DNA of 63,977 bases, the filler included, from Collodictyon triciliatum (lineage: Eukaryota): assembly GCA_043381765.1 (NCBI GenBank). It is 6 parts of 6 records of this genome, joined end to end, with 100 filler letters (N's around TTAATTAATTAA, not from the genome) between each part and the next. Parts side by side here need not be neighbours in the genome. Positions count along the whole stretch, not along the records: positions 1 to 12,180 come from JBHJMP010002224.1; positions 12,281 to 24,271 come from JBHJMP010002225.1; 4 more parts are not named here. One strand, written 5' to 3'. The position numbers were made by a program, and so were the translations under genes. Shown one piece after another: positions 1 to 13,193 of this stretch. The notes below the pieces were generated by a model. The model had not been told where the DNA came from, did no database searches, and saw only the letters and a list, made by a program, of their open reading frames with translations. Position 1 is the stretch's first letter, and each line of letters begins with the position of its first letter.

Positions 1-96
1 ATAAAAATAAAAATAAAAATAAAAATAAAAATAAAAATAAAAATAAAAATAAAAATAAAAATAAAAATAAAAATAAAAATAAAAATAAAAATAAAA
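1..96. repeat. (ATAAAA)n microsatellite
   Basis: Directly visible. Confidence 0.95.
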
Positions 97-111
97 AAAG
101 GACAGGAAGGA

Positions 112-3100
112 ATGGAGACCGTAGGTGACGTATCCAGCGAGTCAGAACCAGCAGTTTTCTACACAACAAATGCGGATAGAAGACCGCCTTCACCTTTCGA
201 GCGCTATGTTGCTGTCGATACAGGGAACTCAAGCCCAAAGTTTCTTCGTTGCTCGTATGGGGCTTTCCCAAAAAGCCAACAACTGGCTCGCTACGTTGGA
301 ATCCCCATATCACTATCCGTCCAACCATTTTTTTCCCCTGAGTATGAAAAGGTAAGCAAGTAAAGGGAAATACTCCACTTATAGTATTCTCCACACACCC
401 GGATAGTTTTTTTTTAACCTACTCCTGGTCTTTTGCCTCACATGTTTTTTTTTTCTTCCATTGGGAGAAATCCTCAGGTATTGTATTAACATACTTTTGA
501 TGAAAAGGAGAGAATCCCATTTGCAGATTTTGGTGGCTCTGGGCTTTTTCAATGCCCTCATTGCTACACATATGTGAATCCTTTCTTCCGGTTCCCACCT
601 AACCGCAAGTTTTACAGATGCAACATATGTGCAAAGGAGACAGAAGGTTGAACTTACATATAAATATATATCCATTTTTATTTTCATTTTTTGAGATTTT
701 ATTGCTCTATATCTGGATTTTGAGGACATGATTAATTTCCTCCCCTTTATTTTATTCAATGTGGTGGATAATTTTTTTTCCTTTATATTCAATGTGGTGG
801 ATAATATTACTTATAGCAATCTATCAATTTACTTAAGAAAACACATTTTGTTGGTGTTTTACTTTACATTATATTTTCGAGTACTTTATGTCAGCACTAT
901 ATTCCTTGATGATATACTAATAAATACGGAAGATGAACATACCAACATTAGTCTAATATTATCATATTTCTTATTTTTTTATCAACATCGTGGTTTTAGC
1001 GTTATTTTTTTATTTATTTATTTATTATCCTAATTTACCCAAAAAGAATTTGCTATCCTCGTCCCTTTCGTATTGAAATACTAATTTTTTTTTTTTGTTA
1101 TCGTTTTATTTTTGTCAGAATGAAGCGACCTATGGACGGGCAATTACACTTGTTTAACAGACATTATGACATCTATTCATAGTTCCTTATTCTCTTGTAA
1201 TGGCATCGAGCGTGGAGAAATATTTTGGGGCAGATGAATGGATTGAATTACAACGAGGATCTTTGGAGTTTGGTGCGACTGAAAGCGACATACGAAGAAC
1301 CCCAACACCGTTTTCTATTCTTTTTTGCATCGACTCTACAAAACAGTCCTGTAGCCATGCCTTATTTGCTGATGTAATAGAAGTTATCAGGTATACATTA
1401 TCATACGAACAACGCGCACTGTTGGGCACAAACTGCTCTTTTTAATCTAGAATTTGATGCTTTTTTTTTAATATATATAACATGCCTGATTCAATTTTCA
1501 CAAACCATTATTCACGTTCTTGTTGGTGTTCTGGATGGCTTTTCGTCCAATCACAAACCTCAAGTTTTAAATGTTCATTAATTATCAGATCATCATTAGT
1601 AGAGGACCGTCGCGGTACTGATGTTCGGATAGGATTCGTTTTCTTCGATGAACAAATACATCTTGCAAACTTTAGAGTTGATTTTATTGATTTTTCATAT
1701 TCATAATCATAAAATGAAGGTTTTTTTTTAAAAGCAACATTTATTAATCTTGATTGTTGTCATTTTATTGAAAGTCATATCCATATTCAGAATGGTCATG
1801 ATAAATGCAGCATTGAGACAATTTCTGGAACTGAGGAAAATTTTCTGCCACATCCATGGAAGAATTATCTGATTAGCCTGGAGGCAGTCAAGGGTGCTCT
1901 AGGAACCATTTTAGAGTCGATAGGAAAACTTCTAGATGACTCGAAGTATCTCTTTTTCCTCCTTTATTTGATTCAAATTATTTATCTTGTGAGATATTCG
2001 TGAGATTGAGAAATTTATATTCTTCACTTTAAAAATAGCAAGAAGGGAAAATCAAATGCAGGAGGAGCTCTCTTAATTTGTGAGGAGATTTTGGTATACA
2101 TCATCGACAAACAGAGGATTTAATCGTAAATTATTACCAGTGTGTTGCAATTAAAAACTGGTATTATTATTACCTTAAATTCATATGATTTAATGAAGGA
2201 AAACATTGGAGGCAAGGTAGTTCTTTTGCTATCCTCTCTTAACTCCAAAGGAGACGGTGCATTGACGAACAGAGAAAGCATGGCCACCATAGGAACCGAA
2301 AAAGAGAGGAATCTTTTTCAATCAGAGGTAGAACTTCCCATCCTGAGTTTCCCGGTGATGTGATATATGTTTGACACTCTTTTTGGATTTTACATGACAG
2401 ACACCTTTCTTCCCGCTCCTTGCTGATTCACTGCGAGCAAAGTGTATATCAGTGGATATATTTGGATTTGGAATAAGTTACTTGGATATTTCTTCGATAG
2501 GTAATGTCTCCCTGATTCTAGAAATTCATATGGTTTAATTGAATTGCATCTTACGTATGGTTTTGACACTATTCCGAAATTCGTTGATAGGGTCTGTTTC
2601 TCAAGAAACTGGCGGGGCAATTTATTTTTATCCAAATTACAGGAAAGACAGAGACTCAAAATCTTTTAAAAATGACTTTTCCCGATATATAAATTCTTTC
2701 TCCGCAAACGATGTAACAATACGGTTAAAAACAAGTGAAGGTTAACCTTTTCTCATTGATTGAAGCGGAATATGATATACCACTAAAAAATCCGACACTT
2801 CAGATAGGAACCCTTATGTGATGCTTCTCTCTGTTTCTTTGTTTCTCAAACTTCACCGAAAAACAAATTGATTATAGGAATATCGGTGATAAATGCTTAT
2901 GGAGGCGTGAAGAAATCAAATGGCGAGTGGAAAATCCCATCGCTGCTTTCTTTCAGGTTCTTTCAAATCCCTCAAATTGAAAATATAAATACTGCGCATA
3001 AAAGAGCAACGTGTGTAACAAATTTATAAAATAGTACAATCACATTTGCCTTGGATTTTCAAAAAGCTCAAACAATATCAGGGGATGTTTACTTCCAGGT

Positions 3101-5172
3101 CCAAGTCATGTAGATTTTCCTTTTTTTTTTTTTTAGGAAAACCACAAATATTAATTTAACCCCCCAGTTGAACTTTTTATTTATTTATTTTATTTTATAG
3201 TTGCATAAACTAATGACCGCATAAGATTTACGACTCTAGAACAAGAACGACGAATTAGAACATTCAATGCTGAAATCACCACCTCGTCTTCCATTCCTGT
3301 CGTTTTTGATAATATTGATGTTGATGCAACTATATCCACATTCATGAGGACAGGTTGGAAACTCCATCGTTTCAATAAGTCCTTGTCCATATAACTTACA
3401 ATATTCCCCGCTCTATTCACAATCACTTGATGCACTAGCTTCGCGTCAGATGGTGTATGGCGGGCTTACCGAAGTGCGGTCTACAATCATCTCTCGGTGC
3501 GCTGCAATCCTGCTATCATACAAGTATTTGGATACCTTATGGGCTATTATGGATACTTAAAGCTGATATTAAAGGCAGAGGTATTTGTTCCCTCGTTAAT
3601 TATGCAACTGAAATGAGTTTTCAATGGTCTTTCATGGAATAAGCACGTACGGTCGCTCGAGGTCTCCTGCGCACACAGAAATATTTCCATCCTCAATTAG
3701 AGAATTTCCACGGTTTATGTCTTGCTCTTTGAAAACGGATCTCTTCCGCCAAAGGTAAAGCGACAGATGGTGTGATTTCACACTTTCCAACAACTATGTG
3801 AAAAGCGCATATTATTGATATCTTTCACTTTATTTGTTTATTTTATTCATTTGTTTGATTCAAAATTCCGAGATGTTTTCCCCCTTTATTCGTTTCAATC
3901 GTTTTGATTACAGGATAACCACATAAAACCTTTTAACCTTTGCGTATAACAATTTCAAAAATCTAAAGCCAATATTTGCGGATTGATCAACGAATGGCCA
4001 TTATAAATCATTTGTCCAACATACCTATTTCGGAGGTTCTAATATGGATATATCCGCGACTTTATCAATTTGATTTGACACCAAAGGGCGTATGATTTTC
4101 TTCTGAAATTGAGCATCACGTTTATAAAATTTGTTACCCATATTTATAACATAATATCATTCCAAATATGAATAACAAAACAAAACAAAACAAAACAAAA
4201 CAAAACAAAACAAAACAAAACAAAACAAAACAAAACAAAACAAAACAAAACAAAACAAAACAAAACAAAACAAAACAAAACAAAACAAAACAAAACAAAA
4301 CAAAACAAAATAAATAAAATAAAATCATTCCAAACCTGAAGAATCGCCCAGGTGATTGGCTTCCTTCGTGTGTGCCCCTTTCATTTCGCACATTGTCTGA
4401 TGATAATGTATATCTCTTAGAGTCATCGCACGTTAGTATTTTTATATATGAAGTTATGCAGTTTCCTTGTTTCATTTATTTTCGTTTTGTTTGCTTCACA
4501 TTTGGGGATACCTTTTAATTATAAACTCACTAGAGTTGTCTAGAAATTACTCCTGACAAAAAAAATGATAATATGTGTTAGATAATATTCATATGGATTG
4601 GAGGGAATGTGCCGATACGAGTAATAGGGAGATTGGTCGAAATCGACATGTGGGAAAAGCATGACTATGTAAGTGAAAAGTACTGCACAAACTCCTTTAT
4701 ATACCGTGAGTAAAAAGTGCTTCTTTTTTTCTTTCATTCGTTGGTTGCAAATATCAATCAATCCCAGCAATCTCCAGTACCCATAAAATTTACAGAACAC
4801 CAAATATAATTTCCGTTCAAGGATTTGAACGACGAAGTGGATTCTTTTTCAAGGAAAATACATGACGCTTTGGCTGAGATAAGAAGGAGGAGGTTGTGGT
4901 ATCTTCGCTTGTTGGTTGTTAAAAGAGGAGACGCGAACGAAAGGGTAAACGCTGTAACGCAATCTTTTTGAAATATGAAAAGCTGCTCATCCCAGAATCA
5001 ATTCAAAATCACATCTATATGTGCGTATTCGTCTGATAGCCACGCAACTGCCAATTGCTCATAATATTACCTTGTACAGGTATTTTTGGAGCATATGCGA
5101 ATGGATGGCATCTTCCAATCCCCATCTCACGAGGAATTCATGCGTTTAGTCCAAGAAAAGGCTTTGAAATAG
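112..5172 (+). CDS. SEC24: Divergent COPII cargo adaptor Sec24, multi-exon; possibly 5'-partial
   Basis: Spliced exons give DTGNSSPKFLRCSYGAFP, zinc finger CPHCYTYVNPF...CNICAKET, ELQRGSLEF, trunk FCIDST and ETGGAIYFYPNY, IRLKTSEG, EQERRIRTFN, WIYPRLY and gelsolin-like FIWIG. Ends SHEEFMRLVQEKALK-TAG at 5172. An in-phase AG at 104-105 suggests more exons upstream of the window. Confidence 0.9.
4174..4310. repeat. (AAAAC)n intronic microsatellite
   Basis: Directly visible. Confidence 0.95.
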
Positions 5173-5466
5173 TTTTGAAACTATTCATATATCCTTTATT
5201 TTTCTCTTGAATGGAATTTAGAACTGTGAGGAATCTTATTCATATTGAGCTAAGTTCATTGATTTGACGTAACCTCATCCAACTTGCGCAATGAGCGCTT
5301 CAAAGGAAGGGAAAGATTCTCCCGATTTTTTAAACGGGAAGAAAGAAGAAAGAAGAAAGAAGAAAGAAGAAAGAAGAAAGAAGAAAGAAGAAAGAAGAAA
5401 GAAGAAAGAAGAAAGAAGAAAGAAGAAAGAAGATGAGAGTACGAGATAACTTTGTGATTATCTGGC

Positions 5467-6946
5467 TCAAGAGTATTTAGAAGTCTGTTGTGAATGATGC
5501 CGAAAGGTTTCTCTCGCTGCAAAAGAATCAACAGATGCAGATCGTGAAGCAGTTCTATTGTGTGTGATAGAAGATACCGAATAGAAGAAACAAAAACATG
5601 CGAGTGAGTCACAAAAAGAAAAAAAAAGAAAATTGAATGCAGCAACCAACCTCACAATATTTGATGAGACAGAATTATGTGTCTGAGTCGGAGACGCCCA
5701 CGAGATTTTCTTCAGAGGAGCCTGATTATGAAGCCTCTGATTGCGTACAGGTGTGCCGGAGTGTGGGATGAAACCGAGTGTGGTGTAGCCTTGAGACGGA
5801 AGAGAGTCAAGCCCTGAAGAATCGAGGGGGTCAACTCGAGGGGAGTTTTGCACGGAGGAGAGTGGAGACAGCGTTGACCAGACAGACTCGTTTAACTCGC
5901 CTAGAACAGATGACACAGTCTGGGCAAGTTGAGCCACAAGAAAACTGGACTCGGGGAGTGCAATGCTTTCACTGAGTACTGCGTGAGGAGAAAGATTATC
6001 GCGGCTGCTGCAGTGGGACGGGATGCTGACAGGCTTCGGTCTCCATATAGCTTCTGCTTCTGTATCCTCGCTCTTCCTTGTAGGGATTCGCCCAGGGCTT
6101 TGGCTGGTTGTTTTATGCAACGAGTACGAGCTTGAGTCTCCGAGCGGGAAGCGGTCATGGGTGATGAGTTTGTATCCAGATTGTGTATCTCGGGCGGGTG
6201 TATGGATGGAAAAGGTCAGAGCATGCGGAGATGACCTGCGTGCAACAGGAGACGCCACAAAAGACTCGTTTCTTGGATGACTCAGTGATACATGGGGCGG
6301 CGTGGTATACGATTGCGAATGCCTCGTGGGAGAAGGATTCTGTTAGCAGAGGGGCAGAGTTAGAGATATTCCGGCTGTCGCTCCAACGAGGGTGCATGAA
6401 GGAATGTATATTTGTAAGTAGATTTCTTCGGTTCCTTTCGTATCGCACGGAGAAGAAAAGAAAAGAAAAGGAAAGCGAAAGAGAAAAAAAAAGATGTAAA
6501 GAAGGATATAAAGGGGAAAAAAGAAAAGAAAAGGAGTTACTGGCCAAGCTCAAACAATGCGCGAAACAAACCACAGTCCCTGGAGAGTTCAGCTGGGAAA
6601 GGACGTTTCGAGACGGCGGAGGATCCGAGACAAACCCGCGGGACTGGGCAAGAGACACAGAACGGGATGTTTGGCGTTGGGGCGTGGCTATAAGTTGTCC
6701 AAGAAGCTGCCGTGGTGGGGATTGCGGGAGGGCGTTTGCAGTCTGGTCTACAGCAGGTGTTGCTGGGGCTTTGTTGGCTACGAAAGAGGTCGCGAGCACA
6801 CTTGTCTTGTCTGCGAGCCCCTTCATAGGCGACAGCGGCGTGCGAGGCTCTTGATGTGTGGGCGACAATGATCGCAAGTGCACAAGTGTGTGGCTGCGGG
6901 TCGGCGTTTTGCTGAGACTCTCGGGGTTCTTTCGCTCCATCCTCAT
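5467..6946 (-). CDS. Ser/Thr/Pro-rich, probably disordered hypothetical protein (about 3 exons)
   Basis: ORFs 6155-6946 and 5467-6258 join via a CTAACAG acceptor near 6340. There are many S/T-P sites and a KKISW motif. Confidence 0.55.
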
Positions 6947-7691
6947 GCGTCTGGTTGTGCGTTTTTCTTTCCTTCTTTGTGCCTTTTCGCGTGTCTTGGT
7001 TGCGGCGGCGGTTCAATGGCGAGGTCTTCACGTCCTGTCAAAGCGAGTATGGAAGACAATTTGGAAGTGTAAAGGAGTCGCAGTTTTGACGGGCGAGTGA
7101 AGATCAGAGCCCAAACAGCAATATGAAGGTGGGCCGGGATATCAATGGAGCCGACCCTACCAAACGGCTGTCGTGGCTATGTGGGTTTTGGTGGTTTGGC
7201 AGGCCCTATGTTTTTCCCTTATATATTTTTCGGGGTCTGAAAGGGAATCCTTGGGTGTGACCCTATTCACATATCAAAGATACTGCAACCACCAGCGAAA
7301 ACCCGTCAGAAAAGCTGTTTTCAAAGCAACATACTTACTCTATCCAAACAAAAGTTCGGTGGAATTGCGTGTGGTGATTGTGTACGCTGGGAATAGTTTT
7401 ATGAGACTCTTATGATTTTCCAATCCGCAGGAAGAGAACGAGGCGGAGCTTACGTGAGAAGAGTGATAGGAATGTGATGTAAAAGCAAAAGACAGAAAAG
7501 GAAAGGGAGAGGAACCATAGAATATGTCAAGGGCTTTGATTGGGTCATGTAATGCACGCATGGGGGAAATGTACTTAAAAAAACTGGGCGGCATAAAGAT
7601 GTGATATTCTGGGCAGAGGATGCAGAGTGTTATGACCACTCAATAAACCATTACGAAACCCGTAAGCGAAAATACTGGGCGTATGGATTAT

Positions 7692-7861
7692 TCATATCAG
7701 ATTGTCTGACTGAATTTGATGAATGATATCGGCTCGAAACTGGCTGAATAGAGAACGAAGTGCTTGCACGGTTTCCTTACGACATGCTGAAACAACCTCA
7801 TGAAAGGATGGTGCTGGAGGAGGAGCGAAGGATGGAGGCGCAACAGGTGCATATGTTAACT
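7692..7861 (-). CDS. Orphan terminal exon (Pro-rich segment plus amphipathic helix)
   Basis: TTTTCACAG acceptor, then ELTYAPVAPPSFAPPPAPSFHEVVSACRKETVQALRSLFSQFRADIIHQIQSDNLI-stop. No upstream exons identified. Confidence 0.35.
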
Positions 7862-7919
7862 CTGTGAAAAGGCAACAGTTGATGTTAAACACCTGAAATA
7901 AATAGTGAAAATGTGTCTG

Positions 7920-8225
<306 letters not shown>

Positions 8226-8270
8226 AGATAACTAAGATTTGCCCAGAAACTTAAAAATATTTAACAATAG

Positions 8271-11200
8271 TGGCACTTGCATTTTGCGAAACAGTCCAGA
8301 GAACTTCATGCGCAACACCCCTTTTTACCACTATACAAGGACACTCCAGTGCCATTAACTCGATTGCATCATCTCCTGATGGAACAACATTCGCTTCTGC
8401 AGGATACGACCACAAGATCAATATATGGAGAACAATAGATGGATCGAAAATGCGCACTGTTTCAGGTCATTCAGCTTCAGTGAATGGAATATGCTTTTCA
8501 GGAGACGGGAAAAATATATTATCAGGCAGCAGCGATAAAACGATTAAAATCTGGAGAGTTCTGGACGGTTCCTTGTTAATGACGTTGACCGGACACGATG
8601 GCCCAGTTAACAGTGTTTCTTTCTCAAAAGATGGAGTCAGAATAGCGTCAGCAAGCAGCGACAATACAATTAAAATCTGGAATATTCTGGACGGCTCCTT
8701 GGTAAAGACGTTGACTGGACACGAAGGCCCGGTCAACAGTGTCATTTTTGCTCAAGATAACAGTATAATCTCTGGAAGTTGGGACAAATCGATAAGGACA
8801 TGGGATGCAACTAACGGGCTACCAAAACTGAGCCTGATAGGACATACAGATTTTGTCACCAGCCTGGCAATCTTTTCAGACATGACAAGGCTCGTCTCGG
8901 GAGGCTGGGATAAATCAGTTCGCATCTGGAATTTAAATAGTGGAACCATACTTTTCATCCTAAAAGGGCACACAGATTATGTCATGAGTGTTGCTGTTTC
9001 ACCGGATGCCTCAAAAATTGTCTCTAGTGGTTGGGATAACATCATAAATGTATGGAGATCATCGGACGGAGGCAAAATCATCACTCTGCCCTCATCTGAG
9101 GATTACTTTATGAGCGTTCTGTTCTCGTACGATGGTACTAGAATTATGTCCGGAAATTGGGACGGAAAGATAAAAATATGGGATTTTTCTTTAGGACAAC
9201 TTGTCCGGAGCATCTCTAGCAGTTCAACTTATGTTACATCGGTGGCCGTCACATCAGATGGATCGAGGGTAGTATCGGGAAACTCTGATGGCTCGGTTAA
9301 AATTTGGACCCTGTCGAATGGAGTACTTGCTCGTACTTTAATTGGACATTCTCAAATCATCCTGTGCATTTGCCTTTCCCCTGATGATTCCAACATTGTG
9401 TCTGGGAGCGCAGACAAAACTATCATGATATGGGACACAAAAAGTGGTAATAAAATTCGATCTCTAACAGACCATTCGGATTATGTATCTAGTGTTATAG
9501 TCAACTCAGATAACACCAGGCTTATATCAGGGAGCTGGGATAAAACTGTAAGAGTTTGGAATTTAAATAACGGCCAGCTTATTTACACATACAAAGGACA
9601 TTCAGATATTGTTACAGATATTTCTCTATCTTCAAGTGGAAATATTGTAGTGTCAGTAGGTTGGGACAAATCTATACGACTATGGGACCTGGCCAGTGGC
9701 TCTCCAGTGAGAGAATTCTTGAACATGGATAGCGCGTTAAGTCGCGTTTGTATAACCACTGATGGAGCAAAAATAGCCACAGTAAATGGTGGAAATAATG
9801 TAAATGTTTGGAGTGCTGTTGATGGAGCTTTGATGCTTTCCCTACAAGGACACAAGGATTATGTATCCAGTATTGCTGTATCCCGCAATGGATCGGTGCT
9901 GGTGTCTGGAAGTTGGGATAATTCAATTAAAGTATGGGATCTGCGATCGGGAGATATAGTGTGCACAATATTAGGTCACTTTGATTGGGTTTACAGTGTA
10001 ACCATCACCTTAGATGATCTCAAAATTATATCAAGTAGTAGAGATTCGAGCATCAAAGTATGGTCTTTACCAACCATAAAGCCTCCATTTATCTCTTACA
10101 CGCAGACTTTTTCCAGGTCACAAACATTAACCAGATCTATGTCAAAGTCCACATTCAAGTCCAAATCCAAGTCTGTGTCTAGGTCGATGTCCACATCCAA
10201 GTCCAAATCCATGTCTAGGACTATGTCCATATCAGCTGTCAAAGACTCTGCCATGGTCACTAAAATCACGGGTGCCTCAAGGTCATCAAAGTCTGATTTT
10301 TTTGGCTTCCAAGTTGAAATGTGGATGGATTATGCATTGATTTCAGTTCCTATGTGCGTTAGCCCTGCCGTATCCTGCGACGGAGGATATGTCATGATTT
10401 ACAAACATGTGGCGGGACAGTGGGGATTCTTTAAGCGAATTACCTGTCCGTTCTTCAGGAGAGATGTAAAGTTCGGCTATAAAATGGAAATGACGGACAG
10501 GTTTTTAATAATCTCTGCCCCAGATTCAACATACGTGGATACATCCTCGGGAATAGCCGTCATCTACAAATGGGTTCAATCAAACGAGAGGTTCGAGAAG
10601 CAAAGGTCTCTCAGATCTAAAGGCTTGCCTAAAGTTTACGACTTTGGAAAATCCTTTTCGAATTACAGAAATTTGATGGCGATAGGCTCACCAAAATATG
10701 AAGATTCAGAACGCATACAAAACATGGGTTGCGTTTATATTTTCAATAATGCAACGACATCTAGATGGGGTCGAACACCTACTCTTATGAACCCCCCTAA
10801 AAAAACATCTGGTGAACAGTTTGGGTATTCGTTATCTCTGCATAGCGAGTCGCTGCTTGCAGTATCAAATAATCCAACAGACGTTTCGATGCAAGCCGTT
10901 TATATCTTCCAGATTAGAGGTGGGGTTTGGACTCTGATACAAAAACTCTCGGATGAAACTAGGCTCGGCTTTGGCTGGAACATAAGGTTCCACCAGAATT
11001 TACTATTTGTCAGTGCTATTTTCGATAGCACAGTGGCTAACAACGCTGGATCAATCAACATCTTTGAGCTCAAGCCAGACACCCAGTTCCACGGACACTC
11101 TGTTATCAGACCAATCAAAAGTTTAGAGGGGGATAGATTTGGCTACAGTTACGATATATCATCAAACAAATTGGTAGTTAGTGCATTTCCTTGTGAATTG

Positions 11201-11567
11201 GGCCTTGTTTGCCATAAACAAGGTAAGAGAATCGAATGGGCGCCACTACTCTTTATATTCTTTTTTTTTTTTTGGTATAAAATATTTCTAATCATACTGA
11301 TTTTGAGGGATTTCAACAATCTTCATTGCGTCACGAAATGATGTATGGCTAAACGTTCTTTCATGATACCCAGGTTCCCTTTACTACTTTACAAAGTCCG
11401 GTGTTTCCTGGAATCAAAAGAGCCGGTATGCCCCAGGTTCGGTCGATGGGTCGGATGGCTTCGGATACGACGTGGCCATCGAAGGTGCCTTCATCATCGC
11501 ATCCGCGCCTTATGATTCAACCAAAGAATTCAATAGGGGCGCTGTTTATCTGGTACAACATCGCTAA
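8271..11567 (+). CDS. Protein with 14 WD40 repeats, a Ser/Lys/Thr linker and 7 FG-GAP-like repeats; first exon not located
   Basis: Exon 8271-11222 follows an AATAG acceptor and encodes 14 GH...SGSxDxxIxxW repeats plus six FGxxx...SAP/G.VYIF repeats. After intron 11223-11374, the last exon adds GFGYDVAIEGAFIIASAPYD...GAVYLVQHR-TAA. Confidence 0.85.
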
Positions 11568-12146
11568 AGGCGCTGATTTCTGCAAGTAAACTCTCCATAC
11601 AGTCACATGTATTGACATCACCAGAGTGTCGATCAAATCGGAGCACTCAATAAACCTTGCAACATTTCAAAAAAAAAAAATCCAGTGAAATTCGATTTTT
11701 TTTAACTTATTCATTTGTCGTTTATGTGTTGATATGAATACTTTTTCGCGACCAAAATAAGTACCTACACTATGATAGAACTGAACAATATAGAACATTT
11801 AATTTATATACTGCATTCATCGGCGTTAAGATTTTAGGGTCGTGCAACCAACAATAAATTTTGTCGCCATGATTCAAGTTATTTCAAGAGCGAGAAGACC
11901 ACTTTATTATCCTTAGGATTCATTCATCCATTCATTCATCCATTCATTCATCCATTCATTCATCCATTCATTCATCCATTCATTCATCCATTCATCCATC
12001 CATTCATCCTAATAGATAGACAAGCATTTGCATACATCACGATTTCTTCAATCTTTCCTTCCAAAAAATTTTAGCCAGTTGAGTTTATTCCTTCACTTAT
12101 TGAGCCTTCATGATAATTTTTTTTGTGCGTCTTTTAGTCTGCACGT

Positions 12147-12180
<34 letters not shown>

Positions 12181-12280
12181 NNNNNNNNNNNNNNNNNNNN
12201 NNNNNNNNNNNNNNNNNNNNNNNNTTAATTAATTAANNNNNNNNNNNNNNNNNNNNNNNNNNNNNNNNNNNNNNNNNNNN
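12181..12280. other. Artificial contig spacer N44-TTAATTAATTAA-N44 (also 24272-24371, 36548-36647, 48821-48920, 61079-61178)
   Basis: An identical 100-nt structure carrying stops in all frames occurs five times. Confidence 0.97.
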
Positions 12281-13193
12281 TGTTTTTTTGTTTTTTTGTT
12301 TTTTTGTTTTTTTGTTTTTGTTTTTGTTTTTGTTTTTGTTTTTGTTTTTGTTTTTGTTTTTTTGTATTTATAAGGTCTTTGTTTTGTCTGTTACTGATTG
12401 AATTTATGGTCGTAATTGTGAGAAGTGAGGGCATAAGAGCGGAGTGGAGAGAAAAAAGAAACGAGCTTCGATGGACAATGGAACTGTTCCACGACGACCC
12501 TACTTTTAGCAGCGATTGGATAAGGCTATCCGTTCTGTTTCCTGGCCTGGGGATACAAATGAAAGTGCTTGGGTTGCTTGGGAGTGTGGCGCTGTGACTC
12601 GTGCAACGTGCTTCTGCCCATTCCCAAAGCCCCGGCCTGGTTTTGCTGCAGTGAACCGCAAGACAAACAAAGGTGGAAACAGAACAGCAATGCTACCAAA
12701 CGAGAATGTGCGGTTGTGGCGAAGAAAGGTTAATGGACCAAATCTGGAAAATCTTGTTTGCCCCTTTGGTTTCTCGGCCTGGAAAAAAGTGCCATCTTCT
12801 TCTTAATATGGATAAAGTTGGTGATGTTGGACTATCCAGTTATGGTACCTAGGTATCGTTATGCGCTATATGTATGTGCCCTCCTTTTTTGTGAGTGGAA
12901 TAATAAATGTGGATAATCAGGACAGAGATTTCTATATATTAATAATTATAATATTAGTATTATAATACATAATAATATTATGCTGATAAGCTTATAGGAA
13001 TTAAGCATAATGCAATAATAATATATTCCGCATTTAAAAATCAGATGTGGAGAATGTATTACTTTTTTCACAATTTCTCCTCGCAACAAACACATCTTTC
13101 TTTCCTTCTCTCTGATCACTGTGTCAAGGCGTACAGAAACCTGCACAGGTCATATTTACTCGCAAGTAGTGAGGCCAAGCAACAAGCACAGTC

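Noticed and set aside
596..646. Frameshift in the Sec24 zinc finger
   Set aside because: A recount shows NRKFYRCNICAKETE in frame.
1946..2038. U12-type intron (GTATCT donor)
   Set aside because: The donor is not a full GTATCCTT and no TCCTTAAC branch site was seen.
12225..12236. Palindromic TTAATTAATTAA repeated five times
   Set aside because: Always centred in N44 flanks, so it is an assembly spacer.
12430..12806. ORF of about 96 aa beside a gap
   Set aside because: No recognisable motif and no consistent exon structure on either strand.
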